Shown here one piece after another: positions 11,935 through 24,834 of a stretch of DNA of 55,477 nt (positions are counted from its first letter, which is position 1; every line of letters begins with the position of its first letter). The stretch is taken from positions 40,814,950 to 40,870,426 of the forward strand of contig NC_069000.1 of the NCBI RefSeq assembly GCF_001194135.2, in the 5' to 3' direction. The notes below the pieces were generated by a model. It had not been told where the DNA came from. It saw nothing but the letters and a program-made list of their open reading frames with translations, and ran no database searches. Position numbers and translations under genes: made by a program. The DNA comes from Octopus bimaculoides (taxonomy: Eukaryota).

Positions 11935-12310
11935 TTGTTGTTGGCACTCCGTCGTTTACGACGTCGAGGGTTCCAGTTGATCCGATCAACGGAACAGCCT
12001 GCTCGTGAAATTAACGTGCAAGTGGCTGAGCACTCCACAGACACGTATACCCTTAACGTAGTTCTCGGGGATATTCAGCGTGACACAGTGTGACAAGGCT
12101 GACCCTTTGAATTACAGGCACAGCAGAAACAGGAAGTAAGAGTGAGAGAAAGTTGTGGTGAAAGAGTACAGCAGGGTTCGCTACCATCCCCTGCCGGAGC
12201 CTCGTGGAGCTTTTAGGTGTTTTCGCTCAATAAACACTCACAATGCCCGGTCTGGGAATCGAAACCGCGATCTTATGACCGCGAGTCCGCTGCCCTAACC
12301 ACTGGGCCAT
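11935..12310 (-). mobile_element. tRNA-derived SINE family B, full length with (CAA)n tail
   Basis: Minus strand starts ATGGCCCAGTGGTTAGGGCAGCGGACTCGCGGTC...GGTTTCGATTCCC (A and B boxes) and ends ...ggagtgccaacaacaacaac. A second copy lies at 16150-16422. Confidence 0.85.
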
Positions 12311-12667
12311 ACATATATATACACACACATACACATGGTAGGTCTTGAATAATTTCCTTCAACCAAATTTTCATTCACAAGGCATTGGTCAATTCAACTG
12401 GTGAAACCATGTTGATGACATTTATCAATAGTGCTATGCAGTGAGATTGAACCTGACAAGATAGGAAAGTTATGGAGCATGAAGAAAATAATGGTGATAC
12501 CAGTGGTAATTGGACTATTAGGAGCAGTTTCCAAGAGCTTTGAAAGTATTGTCTCTTTGAGTCACAGGAGAAGGCACTACTTGAAACCTTTGGTGATTTG
12601 TTATTGCTTGCTTTCAAGTAAAGAACAACCAGTAATTAAGAACTACCCGAGGGTCTTTCAGAATAAG

Positions 12668-12835
12668 AATCATCATCATCATCACCATCGTCGTTTAACA
12701 TCCGCTTTCCATGCTAGCATGGGTTGGACGATTTGACTGAGGACTGGTGGACCAGGAGGTGACACCAGGCTCCAATCTGATCTGGCAGAGTTTCTACAGC
12801 TGGATGCCCTTCCTAACGCCAACAACTCCGAGAGT
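12668..12835 (-). mobile_element. Repeat family A
   Basis: Same sequence family as 6860-7025. Confidence 0.85.
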
Positions 12836-12859
12836 AATAATAATGATAATTTTTTTTTT

Positions 12860-13290
12860 TTCTGCTATAGGTACAAGGCCTTAAATTTTGGGGGCGGGGA
12901 CTAGTCGATTATATCGATCCCAGTGTGTAACTGGTATTTATTTCAGCAACCCCGAAAGGATGAAAGGCAAAGTTGACCTCGGCGGAATTTGAACTCAGAA
13001 TGTAGTGACGGGAGAAATACTGCTAAGCATTTCGTCCGGCGTGCTAACGAGTCTGCCAGCTCACCACCTTTATATAATAATGATGATGATATAGGCACAA
13101 GTTTTTAAATTTTGCAGGAGGATGCTGGTTGATTACATTGACACTAGTGCTTAGCTGGTATTTATTTTATTGACTCTGAAAGGGTGAAAGTTGACCTTGG
13201 CAGTATTTGAACTCAGAAATTAAAGCTGGGAGAAATACTGCTAAGCATTTTGTCTGGTGTGCTAATGATTTTCCCAGCTTGCTGCCCTAA
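12860..13290 (-). mobile_element. Two tandem SINE family E copies
   Basis: Same unit and orientation as the 5.1-6.6 kb cluster. Confidence 0.85.
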
Positions 13291-14599
13291 TAATAATAAT
13301 AATAATAATAATGATAAATATAACGGAGTCAAAATGTGGAAGAATAGTTCTGATGAATAGTATACTCTCGAAAAAAAAAAAACCCCCAATTATTTGGCTT
13401 CAAAGTTACCTCCTCTACTATGGGATACCAGTCTGTGTTGACAGTATCCCTTCAATCTTCACATTCTATCAACTCAAGTATTTACCATGAAGTGACTTAG
13501 CCATGAACTTTCTTTCACTACTTATCCAATGTTCCCACTGCCAATCACCTCACTAATCAATCATAACCTTTAATTCTAACACTTTTCCTTCTGTTAATAC
13601 TAATGAGTTCTAAATCCTATCACATTCTAGGATCAATAAAAAATTTTCAAAGCAATGTCCAAAGAATTTAACAATTTGGTGTTTTTAAAAGGCACAAAAA
13701 ATTTTTTTCAGAACTAGACACTCTCATTCATCTCCTTCTGAACATATTCCAAACCTCAGGAATATTTTATTTTGTTAACTCAATTTATAATATTAAAATG
13801 CTAGACTGTTTATGATAGAGTCATGAGTTCAAATTTTGTGATGAATATTGTATAGTACCTTGGGTAATTAGTGTATCATTGTGTGTCTTTAGTCTGTCTA
13901 GCTGAAAATAAATGATTCCATCTTCATGGTTGAAAAGTTAAGAAACATTTACTTCAACACTTCCTATATAAATATTCAACTCTGCAGGATGGGGGCAGAT
14001 CACACAAAAAGAAAATGTAAATATAAATGTAAAACAGACAAGTATAAAGATCTGACTTGACCAAACATGTACATTAGAAGCTCAAATCATTCAGCATTTT
14101 ACAAAACTCAGAATCAGGCTAAACAGTGATCCTGTGTGTTATTAATCAATAACCACACAGGTATTTTCTTCTCCACTAGCAGCAAAGCAGCTCAAAACAG
14201 CTATTAAACCTTACAGGTTTCCTCACATTTCAAATGTTAAAAGACCAGCTCACTGTAGTCGTTCAAATATGTTCTGTCAAACAGCAACAACAACAACAAC
14301 AGCAAACCTTGCATATCTTAACTCAAGTTATTTCCATCCTATATGCAATAAAAACCTTACATTACACACATCAGCTGTATTTTTGTGTTGCCAATAAAAC
14401 GTTACATTGATACGGTAACAAGAGAAAAACAAACCTCAAAAATATTCATTTCGTGATCCGGCAAATCTTCTTTATTCCATCCAGCTTTCTTCAGTTGCTT
14501 GCTATATCATCCATCCAGTGGACTGAGGGAGTCAAAGAGAGAGCAACAGCTACAGGCACGTCCCTTTCACGCTGAACCTTGAATCTTTTGTGTTTTGAT

Positions 14600-15870
14600 T
14601 CAACTGTATCATGTTGCTACGACACTGCAGTTGTTGTTGTTGTTGTTGTTATTGTACAGCTGCTTTACTTGCTACTATATTGCATTGCCATTGTTCTTGT
14701 ACAAATACAGCCTACAGTTTAGATTGCACTAATGTTAATGTTGCTGCTATTGTTGTAACTAGTTCACTGCTGCTGCTGCTGCTATTGACATTCCTGTTGT
14801 TGTTGTTGTTGTTAGCTCATTGTTGCTGCTGCTACTACTACTATGGCTGTTCTTATTGTTGTAGCTAGGTTCACTGCGACTACTACGGCTGTCCTCCTCG
14901 TCGTAATCGTTGTTGTTGTAGCTATGGCTGTCTTTGTTATTGTAGCCAACTCACAGCGACTACTGCTATGGCTGTTGTTGCCACTGTAGCTATACTTGTC
15001 TTTGTTGTTGTAGCTGGTTCACTGCTACTACTACTACTACTGCTATGACAGTCATTGTTGTTGCTGTAGCTATGGCTGTCTTTCTTGTTGTTGTTGTTGC
15101 GATATCTGGTTGACTGCTACGACTGCTGTTATTGTAGCTATGGTGGACTTTGTTGCTGTTGCTAGTCCACTGGTGTTGTTGTTGTTGTTGTTGTTACAGC
15201 CACTTCACTGCTGCTGCTGCTGTTTGGCATAGCTGGTCCACTACTAAGACTGTTGTTGTTGTTGTTGTAGTTAGATCACTGCTTTTGTTCTTGTACAACT
15301 ATACATTCAATGGTTATTGTTACAACTACATCTCCAGTTTTATTGCTTTGCTTGGGGGGGGGGGCAGTAGTAGTAGTGGTGGTGGTGGTGGTAGTAGTTG
15401 TTGTTGTAACCAGCTCACTGCTACAGCTGCTGCTGTTGTTGCAGCAATAAACTACTGCTGCTGTTGTTGTTGTCGTTCTTGTAGACAGAGCTCTGCCATT
15501 GTTCTTGTACAACTAACTACACCATTTGCTGGGCTAATGTTGTTGTTGTAGCTCATGTTACTCACCACCAGCGGCATCACCAGCAGCAGCTGGTGGTGAG
15601 TAACAGTTCAGTGCTGCCTGCCATTGTTCTTGTACAATTACAGCTTCAGTTATCATCATCGTCATCATTGTTGTTGTTGTTATTGTCCTGTTGTTTAGTA
15701 CAAATGAACTGATGTTGCTATTGCTGTTGTAATTGTTGAGGTTATTACTATGAATGTTGTTGTTGCTATAATGTAGATAACGCTTGTGCATTGTGTCATT
15801 TGCAAATGTTGTTGTTGTTCCACCAAATCTAGCAAAGTTTTGTTGTTGCAATTGTTGTATTAAAACTGTC
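14600..15870. repeat. Degenerate triplet-periodic (TTG/CTG/CTA) cryptic minisatellite
   Basis: Recurring sub-units TAGCTGGTTCACTGC(TAC)n and TAGCTATGGCTGTCTTTGTTGTTG. All three minus frames are interrupted in the 14.8-15.1 kb stretch I checked by hand. Confidence 0.8.
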
Positions 15871-15875
15871 GATGC
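15566..15875 (-). other. Candidate internal (probably 5'UTR) exon
   Basis: Acceptor ATTTTTGTTTTGCAG|G at 15876 and donor GTG|GTGAGT at 15565 bound a 310-nt low-complexity segment. No transcript evidence. Confidence 0.25.
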
Positions 15876-16034
15876 CTGCAAAACAAAAATCAGACCACTC
15901 CCTAAACTTAATTATGTTAATCAATTTTATATAATGAATTCTTAATTTCTGGAAATTACTCCGCTTTTTCTTCATGTCACTAATAATTGCTGTTTGGTTC
16001 TGTTCTTCTAATCTTGTTTCTTTTTTTTTTTCAT

Positions 16035-16564
16035 TTTGTAAGTAGCTTGCTTACCAACCACATGGTTCCGGGTTCAGTTCCACTGCGTGGCACCTTGGAC
16101 AAGTGTCTTCTACTATAGCCTCGGGCCGACCAAAGCCTTGTGAGTGGATTTGATAGACGGAAACTAGCTCTCGGGGATATTCAGCGTGACACAGTACGAC
16201 AAGGCTGACCCTTTGAATTACAAGCACAACAGAAAGAGGAAGTAAGAGTGAGAGAAAGTTGTGGTGAAAGAATACAGCAGGGTTCTCCACCATCTCCTGC
16301 CGTAGCCTCGTGGAGCTTTAGGTGTTTTCGCTCAATAAACACACACAACGCCCGGTCTGGGAATCGAAACTGTGATACTATGACCGCGAGTCCACTGCCC
16401 TAACCACTGGGCCATTGCGCCTCCACTGCCCTACAATATCATTCTAAAAATAAACAATCTCATCATCAAAATCTTGAAGCTATGAGATAATCATGATTAA
16501 TTCGAAACAACGTGAATAAATAAACGTTATATTTGACAGAGTAATTTGACTGCTAAAGAGTTAG
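16035..16564. mobile_element. Adjoining/nested repeats: family C head (+, 16035-16146), family B SINE (-, 16150-16422), partial piggyBac-like MITE (16428-16564)
   Basis: Each part matches another copy in the window (9107, 11935, 20489). Confidence 0.8.
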
Positions 16565-17149
16565 ACTTGTACAAGCCGTGCCCAGATGAGACGGTAAGCT
16601 CAAGTCAGACTGCAGTTGATTGATAATTGTTGGTGTACATCATTCAGTAAGTCACCTTTTTAACTTACCTAAAGTTATATAGGCATCAAATTGGCAGAGT
16701 TGTTCAAGTGTTAGTTAGACTGCTTTGTAATATTTGTTCTGACAATTAGCATCCTGAGTTTAAATTTCTCTGAAATCATCTTGCTGTTCATACTTTCAGA
16801 TTCGATGAGAGGGGTACCAATCTAAGGCTATGGATTGAACGAACTGTAAGAATGTTGGACTGGATACCTTGCAGTATATATTCCAGCTCTTTGCACTCTG
16901 AGTTCAAATCCTTCTGTGGCTTACTTGAGTGGTAAGGTTAATCTGTTGCCTAGTTTAATATGACTATCTAACATCTTGGATACCTATGATAAACATTGAG
17001 GCCAGGTCTCCAATTTGAGGATAATTTCTTTCCTTCCCCCCTCTTACTAGTCTTGGAGGCTGTGTGAAGGGCCAGTTTTCTCACCTGACTAAAATGATAA
17101 ATGCTATTGAGCAACTCGAGTTATTTCCCTTAATTCGTATCTTTTCGTT

Positions 17150-17351
17150 TAACTTTTACTTATTTCAATCATTTGACTGTGCCCATGCTGGGGCACCACC
17201 TTGAAGGGTTTTTAGTCAGGCAAATAGCCCCCAGGATTTATTATTGTTTTTTTTAAAGCCTGATACTTATTCTATCAGTCTCTTTTGCCAAACCGCTAAG
17301 TTACAGGAATGCAACACTGGTTGTCAAGCAATGGTGGAGGGACAAACACCA

Positions 17352-17411
<60 letters not shown>

Positions 17412-17421
17412 NNNNNNNNNN

Positions 17422-17465
<44 letters not shown>

Positions 17466-17620
17466 GAGAATAGGCCTCTTTCAGTTTCTGTCTACCAAAT
17501 CCACTTAGGCTTTGGTCGGCCTGAGGCTATAGTAGAAGACACTTACCTGAGGTGTCACACAGTGGGACAGAACCTGGAACCATGTGGTTGAGAAGCAGGC
17601 TTCTTACCACACCTGCGCCT
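17150..17620 (-). mobile_element. CORE-like SINE family C with internal (CA)(TA)-N-(GA) microsatellite
   Basis: Tail 17150-17350, microsatellite 17352-17468, head 17470-17620. Confidence 0.8.
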
Positions 17621-17999
17621 ATATGTATATGTCATTATAATTATTACTAAAGGCCAAAAATGCTCATAATTCTTTTTCTATAAGTAGAAACTTCTGTTGA
17701 CTGATCAAAGTAAGTTTGAGTTGACTATACTATGTTGACAAGGTCCAATACGACTGAAACATATCGCCAGTTGTCCCTAACCCTAACCCTAACAAAGATC
17801 AGATTTTACTCAAAACATGTAAATTAATTTCATGCAATTAATTTCTGATTTATTGAAATTAATTCTCCTTCTGAGAGTTGCTGACTGTGACCACTAGGTG
17901 TTTGTTTTCTTTCTCCAAATAATAGAGAAACTTCAGATAATTGAGGATTTAGAACATCATTTAGAATATCACAATTCAACTCACTGACACCTTGCTGAT

Positions 18000-18474
18000 G
18001 CAATTGTTGTTGAATATTAATGGAAAATAGTTGTTGTTTTGAAGATACTGTTGTTGTTATTGTTCAAAATCTATATACAGCTGCTGCTGCTGTTGATATG
18101 AAGTTGCTTACTTGTTTTGAAATTAGCTGTGGTTCTTTATTTTTTTGATAATGCTGTTGTAGTTGTTGCCATTGTTTTGAATCTGCTACTACTGCTGTTG
18201 TTGGTGTTGTTGTCACTGTTGTTTTGAAATTACTTGGTCGTTATAGATGTTGTTATTGTTGTCTTGAATCTACCATTGTGACTGTTGTTCAAAGCTATTG
18301 TTGTTTTTTTGTAATTGCTGTAGCAATGAACAAACATCTTTGTTGTTGTTGCTATATTGCAGTGCATGTTATTGTAGTGTGCTAGTTCTCTGATGCTAAT
18401 CCATTGTTGTTGTACTACCACTAGCACCAGAACTAAACCCACTACCACCACCAATGCTACTGCTGCTGCTGCTG

Positions 18475-18518
<44 letters not shown>

Positions 18519-18650
18519 GCTGCTCTTGTTAGTGTTGTTATTGATGATTATAGTGATGATGATAAGCCTTTACAACAGAGCAGAACCTTTGTTGTTCCAC
18601 TGCTGCCAAATAACATGAACAAAATTATGTTCATGTTGTTGTGATTGCAA
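18000..18650. repeat. Degenerate (TTG)/(CTA) low-complexity block
   Basis: Direct reading of the sequence. Confidence 0.8.
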
Positions 18651-18803
18651 CTTCACAGTTAATACACTAGCAAGCAAAAGGGGGGGGGGATACCAAAACA
18701 AAAATACCAGTGCGTATGTGTGTATAGTGCATCAACAAACCTATATTTGATAAACTATCAATCAATCTATCTCTCTCTCTCTGTATATGTATGTATATAT
18801 GTG

Positions 18804-18834
<31 letters not shown>

Positions 18835-18846
18835 GTATCTATGAAT

Positions 18847-18943
<97 letters not shown>

Positions 18944-18994
18944 TACACACATGCACATATATATATATGCATAAATACACACATATATATATTC

Positions 18995-19390
18995 TTTTAT
19001 TCTTTTCTTTCAGTCATTTGACTCCAGGCCATGCTGGAGCACTGCCTTTAGTCAAAGAAATCGACCCCAGGACTTATTCTTTGTAAGCCTAGCGCTTATT
19101 CTATCAGGTCCTTTTGCTAAACCGCTAACTTTTGGGTATTTAAACAAACCAACATTGGTTGTCAACTGATGGTAGGGGGACAAACACAGACACACACACA
19201 CATATATATATATATATGTATACATATATATACAACAGGCTTCTTTCAGTTTTGGTCTACCAAATCTACTCACATGGCTTTGGTCGGCCCAAGGCTATAG
19301 TAGAAGACGCTTGCCCAAGGTGCCACAGAGTGGGACTGAACCTGGAACCATGTGATTGGTAAGCTAGCTTCTTACCACACAGCCACACCT
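18995..19390 (-). mobile_element. CORE-like SINE family C, full length, internal (CA)(TA)
   Basis: Tail 18995-19190, microsatellite ~19190-19232, head 19235-19390. Confidence 0.8.
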
Positions 19391-19479
19391 ATATATATAT
19401 ATAAATATACATACTTACACACACACATATATATATACACACACACACATATATATATATATACACATACATATATATG

Positions 19480-19528
<49 letters not shown>

Positions 19529-19760
19529 ATATATACAGAAAATGTGAAAAGGGTACACTGAACTTGCTGTGAGGAATGGAATATCCAACATTTCGGATGC
19601 AATCCTGCATCAGGGGGTAGACAAAAAGAGAAGTTGAAGAAAGACAGAGTTGAAGTGTAAGCATAGTGAGAGGCAGTTCACAGAACTTAGTGGTTGGGTA
19701 TAATCAGGTAAACTACAAGGAATCTTGTATATGCACATACAATACATATGTGTGTGTGTG

Positions 19761-19794
<34 letters not shown>

Positions 19795-19800
<6 letters not shown>

Positions 19801-20185
19801 CCGGTGGCATGTAAAATGCACCATTTGAGCGTGGTCATTGCCAGTGCCACCCGACTGGTTTCTGTGCCGGTGGCACATGAAAAGCACCATTCAAGCGTGG
19901 TTGATGCCAGTACCGCCTGACTGGCCCTCATGCTGGTGGCATGTGAAACGCACCCACTACGCTCTCAGAGTGGCTGGCATTAGGAAGGGCATCCAGCTGC
20001 AGAAAGTTTGCCAGATCGGACTGGAGCCTGTTGCAGCCTTCTGGCTTGCCAGTCCTCAGTCAAACCGTCCNNNNNNNNNNCAGATCGGACTGGAGCCTGT
20101 TGCAGCCTTCTGGCTTGCCAGTCCTCAGTCAAACCGTCCAACCCATGCTAGCATGGAAAGTGGACGTTAAACGACGATGATGATA
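19795..20185 (+). mobile_element. Repeat family A (includes an artefactual duplication around the N10 gap)
   Basis: gccggtggcatgtaaaatgcacc...ggcattaggaagggcatccagctg...ggacgttaaacgacgatgatga. Confidence 0.85.
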
Positions 20186-20488
20186 TATATATATTAGATA
20201 CACACACACACACACACACATACATATATATATTATTGTTCTGAAATGGCATTGTAGAACAGTAACCGTGTCCAGTTGTCTCTGTACATATTGTTCAACT
20301 ACCCTGGGCCTTCTGGTTGGTCAGCTGGCAATATGAATAGCAGAGCTGTAGACCAGCCATCCAGGAATCCTTGTGCCATAGCAGACAATGGGTGTTGGAA
20401 TGAGTAAGTCATCCAAGGTGGGGGTCGTGGTGTGAGTAGAGTGAAGGATATTGTGAGAGAGGTACGTAGAGAGAGGGCAAGATATACA

Positions 20489-20695
20489 TTAACCCTTTAG
20501 CATTTAAACTGGGCATATTTGACCCAAATATTCTACCTGTTTTATGTTAAAACCAACCAGATCCAGCCTCTCACACCTACCTTACTATGTCATTCTAAAA
20601 ATAGACAATCACATCATCAAAATTTGTGAGATAATGTGTGATTAATTCAAAATAAATGAACACTACATTTGACAGAGTGCTCTGCATGCTAAAGG
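20489..20695 (+). mobile_element. piggyBac-like MITE (family 2)
   Basis: Starts TTAA-CCCTTTAGCAT and ends ATGCTAAAGG (inverted termini; right TSD not intact). Confidence 0.7.
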
Positions 20696-21134
20696 TGGTT
20701 GTTTGCTAGGTTTTTATTAATACTAAAGGGACTTTTGTCCTGAAGGTAACATGTTTTTGTAGGAACATGGTCACCACAGCCATCACCAAAGCACTTACTA
20801 AACTTTTAATCCACTGCTTTTCACTCACAACCCCACATCTAATGGTATGGCAATCCTTCAACCCTTTATATATCTTTATAGTAGTCTTTCTACCTAGATT
20901 CCTCTGTCTACCTAGCTATAAATACAAACTGCAAGAAGAGAGTCAGTGTAAAACAAAATATATAGTTGTATCCATGGTTATGAATAAAATGTGTGTGTGT
21001 GTGTGAGAGAGAGAGAGAGGGAGAGAGAGAGAGAGAATGAGAGAGAAAGAGCTATGTATTATATTATATGATACTCCACTGCATTATATGCTGCCCCACT
21101 CCAGAAAAAGAATTATGCTATGTAGCACCAACAC

Positions 21135-21242
21135 CATAACAACCTTACATTAGTATCTGATATCCATGAATCCTCCTCACCAATCCTTGACTTGCATATC
21201 TCATCCCTCAACAAACCTTACTCTACAAGCATCCAAAACAAA
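21135..21242 (+). pseudogene. Possible highly decayed Penelope-like reverse transcriptase fragment
   Basis: Translates HNNLTLVSDIHESSSPILDLHISSLNKPYSTSIQNK, resembling the PLE RT C-terminal motif H.nIkFT.E.E..sLpFLDv.I.....fsTsvYrK (recalled consensus, not a search result). Confidence 0.35.
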
Positions 21243-22355
21243 TACCAAATCTAGAAACTGTTGAGTATAATAATCAAACCACCTTCAAATCGCACACCAC
21301 AATTTTCAAAAGTAAAGGACACATTGAATACAGTAAGTTTTAGAATCTAATTATGCCAGAAAATAAATTAACAAAAACAGGTTGGTTACAGCCAAAATGC
21401 TTTCATCATGGGTCTGCATCATCAATTCTAACCTAGAGTTAAACAAGTTGATGTGGTGTCACCTAATTAATAATGAGTAATATCTCATGAGTCTTGCTGC
21501 TGGACAAAATTTAAAAAAAAAAAAAACAACAACAAAAATATACAAAAAAAAACAAAACAAAACTCATCTGTGACTGATGTAGAGGAATAAAGACGTGAAT
21601 ACTGAAAAGCAATTTGTTTGCTCTAAGTCAAGAAGATCCTGGCAGGATCTGAACTCAACATATTTATATCGATCTAACTAAACACAAGATGCTCAATTAT
21701 TGCTGCTACTTCATCTGCTTTATTTATCATTGATAGATATAGATTGCCAGAAACGGTAGAGTAATTGCCTTTCGGTATTCAAGTTTATTCCTCTACATTA
21801 ATCACAGACAATTTTTTTTTTCTAGAAGCAGGCCTTGTGAGATAACACTCATTATAAATCAGATGGCCACACGACATTGGTTAACTATTTTGATACAAAT
21901 CTGCTTGAAACCGCTCTTGGTTCTGTGATACAAAGCAACCTGTCTTAAAATGCTTTATATTTGAAATTTAGATCTCTCATTATAATTTTATGTGAAATTC
22001 TTTTGTTATGTTTCAGACACCAGTTTAATAATGAAGTGAGGTATTTTATATTAATGCGAGAACGTGGTACATATAAAGTATTAGCAGACACTCAGGGAAG
22101 GAAAGAAAGGTTGTTTTACGTTTTGAGAAAAGCTCTTCTTCAGAAATGTGAAACAGAGGAAAGTTCAAGAGAAAAGGAAGATGGAGGAAAAAAATAGCCA
22201 ACAATCCACATGTAGTTACATGTATATATATGCTCTGAGTAACAGTTTTGTGAAGATTTTGCAGCTTCAATAAAAGCATATTACTCTACCTTAGGTATTT
22301 GAGTACTATTTTTTTCACCTTGTTTTGCATTTATGTGCTTACTTGTGTATATATA

Positions 22356-23168
22356 CAGGGTGTGATGGGTAAATTATCGCCATTTTATATTTTTAATTCC
22401 CCACATGTGCATTGTTTGTTTTTGATTTTGTCAACTACACAGTATAGTAGGGTCAGTTGGGCACTGTCTATGAGAAAAACAACACCATGATGCAATTCAC
22501 TCTGCCAGAAATTTGGAAATAACATACTGCACTGCTTGGCTTGGCATTCATACCAGAAGCTCCAGTATGAACATTTCAGAGTATTTGGGTGTCAATCTGA
22601 GGACATGTAGCGAGAGTGATAAAAATTAAACATTGAGTCAACATTATGGTGTTTGCGCGATCACTAGTGATGGTGACATTATGCTTCCATTCATCTTCCC
22701 ACACAGCTTCAAATTCAACACAGAGGCCTGTCAAGTGCCTGGAGAAAGTAGTGCTGCCTTGGGTCAAGAGGGTGGCTGCTGGAAGATCCTATGTTTGATA
22801 ACAGGACTCTGCACCATGCCACACAAGCAGGAGAACCCAGTCATGGCTGTCAGTCAGTTTCTGTGACCACATCACCCCTAATATTTAACTCCCCAGACTG
22901 CAACCCCCTTTTATTATGTGTGGGGTGCAGTTGAGTGAGAGACCAACAAAACTCCTTGTACCACCAAAGATGACCTGAAGGCAAAGAAGGGTGAATTCAC
23001 CAACTTAAAAAGGAGATTCCAAAGTCATCTGGAGGCCGTGGTTGAAACCAATGGTGATTTTATTGAATAAATTTACTCTTTAGTATTTCAAGATATTTTC
23101 ATGTAATTTTGATAAATATATGTTAAAATGTGTAATTGTGTAATTTAGACGACAGTTTATTCACCGCA
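22356..23168 (+). mobile_element. Decayed Tc1/mariner-superfamily transposon, probably DD37D (maT/mori-like)
   Basis: Left end TA-CAGGGTG. Disrupted translation ...CLEKVVLPWVKRVAAGRSYV**QDSAPCHTSRRTQSWLS..FCDHITPNI/NSPDCNPL/YYVWGAVE, with stops at 22796-22801 and small deletions. Restoring WPP and the third Asp gives 37 residues between the second and third D. Confidence 0.8.
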
Positions 23169-23414
23169 GCCATGGTAGCAGGATGAAAGGCAAAGTTGAT
23201 CCTGGCNNNNNNNNNNGCCGTGGTTGAAACCAATGGTGATTTTATTGAATAAATTTACTCTTTAGTATTTCAAGATATTTTCATGTAATTTTGATAAATA
23301 TATGTTAAAATGTGTAATTGTGTAATTTAGACGACAGTTTATTCACCGCAGCCATGGTAGCAGGATGAAAGGCAAAGTTGATCCTGGCAGGAGTTGAGCA
23401 CAGAATATAAAGAG

Positions 23415-23575
23415 ATATTCTGAGTTCAAACACCACAAAAGTCAATTTTTGCCTTTCATGTTGGGGGGGGGGGGCTGTTGATAAAATAAAGCACCAGTAA
23501 AATACTGGGGTCGATGCAATTAACTAACTCCCTTCACTTAGAATTGTTGGCCTTGTGCCTAAATTAGAAATTACA
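23415..23575 (+). mobile_element. SINE family E, partial, + orientation
   Basis: ttctgagttcaaa...gcctttcat...gataaaataaagcaccagt...ggccttgtgcctaaattagaaatt. Confidence 0.65.
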
Positions 23576-23744
23576 ACTACTACTACTACTACAATGCTAG
23601 CATCCGTTTCACTATCATCTGTCCCCCAAGTACAAACAAGGATATTTTTCCACAATAGAAGCACCCTGTCCCCTTCCCAACTCTGTCGTTGTTCTACCTC
23701 CCATCACGTTCCCACCCCCATAATCCTGGGTCTCCCTGCCTTTC

Positions 23745-24015
23745 GGCTGAGCATGTTAGTGTTGTTATTGCTGCTGCTGCTGCTATTAATTCTTACAATG
23801 GCTGTTGTTGTTGTTGTTGTTGTTGTTACTGCCGCTGCTACCATGGTTGTTCTCTTACAATGGCTGTTCCTGTTATTGCTGCAGCTAAAGCTGTTGTTGT
23901 TGTTGTTGTTGTTGTTGTTATTGTTGCTGCTGCTGCTGCCATGGCTGCTACTGTCGTTGTTGTTGTTGCTGCTGCTGCTGCTGTTGCAGCTGTTGTTGTT
24001 GTTGTTGCTGCTGAC
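23745..24015. repeat. (TTG)/(CTG) trinucleotide block
   Basis: Direct reading of the sequence. Confidence 0.9.
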
Positions 24016-24319
24016 TAAACACAGTCACATCGCCGTCTCCCTGACCCCCTTCTCTAACTTTGTCCTTATTTGTTGCACACGCGCATGTACACACAGCACA
24101 CACACACACACTATCTCTTGCTCACACAAACTTACACGATCTCTCTCTCTCTCTCTCTCTCTCTCGTTCTCTTACACACACACACACACACACACGCAAA
24201 GCAACTGATTTTGGTGATTTTCACCAAGATAATCATCACCATCCTCATAACATAACAATGGCACTAATTATATGTATGCATCCATATGCATATATGTGGG
24301 TGTATACATACACACACAT

Positions 24320-24375
<56 letters not shown>

Positions 24376-24447
24376 AATCTAGTTGTTTACTTAAATACAA
24401 CAATAAAAAATTATTAGTCTCCAAACCTCTATCATCACCACTACCAC

Positions 24448-24495
<48 letters not shown>

Positions 24496-24801
24496 NNNNN
24501 NNNNNNNNNNNNNNNNNNNNNNNNNNNNNNNNNNNNNNNNNNNNNNNNNNNNNNNNNNNNNNNNNNNNNNNNNNNNNNNNNNNNNNNNNNNNNNNNNNNN
24601 NNNNNNNNNNNNNNNNNNNNNNNNNNNNNNNNNNNNNNNNNNNNNNNNNNNNNNNNNNNNNNNNNNNNNNNNNNNNNNNNNNNNNNNNNNNNNNNNNNNN
24701 NNNNNNNNNNNNNNNNNNNNNNNNNNNNNNNNNNNNNNNNNNNNNNNNNNNNNNNNNNNNNNNNNNNNNNNNNNNNNNNNNNNNNNNNNNNNNNNNNNNN
24801 N

Positions 24802-24834
<33 letters not shown>

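Noticed and set aside
13350-13373. Hammerhead-like CTGATGA...CTCGAAA
   Set aside because: Stem II is mismatched and GAAA runs into poly-A with no stem III/UH or stem I partner. At most a dead PLE remnant.
15558-15881. 107-aa Gln/Asn/Thr-rich ORF as a protein gene
   Set aside because: Non-ATG start inside an acceptor site and composition explained by triplet repeats; kept only as a weak exon candidate.
18667-19664. YIYI/HTHT/RERE/poly-L/V/T ORFs here and throughout the window
   Set aside because: Translations of (TA)n, (CA)n, (GA)n and triplet microsatellites, some spanning N gaps.
20012-20139. Tandem duplication around N10
   Set aside because: Identical sequence on both sides of a 10-N gap indicates overlapping contig ends, an assembly artefact.
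23035-23388. 170-bp direct repeat around N10
   Set aside because: Exact duplication flanking a 10-N gap; an assembly artefact, not a transposon LTR or TSD.
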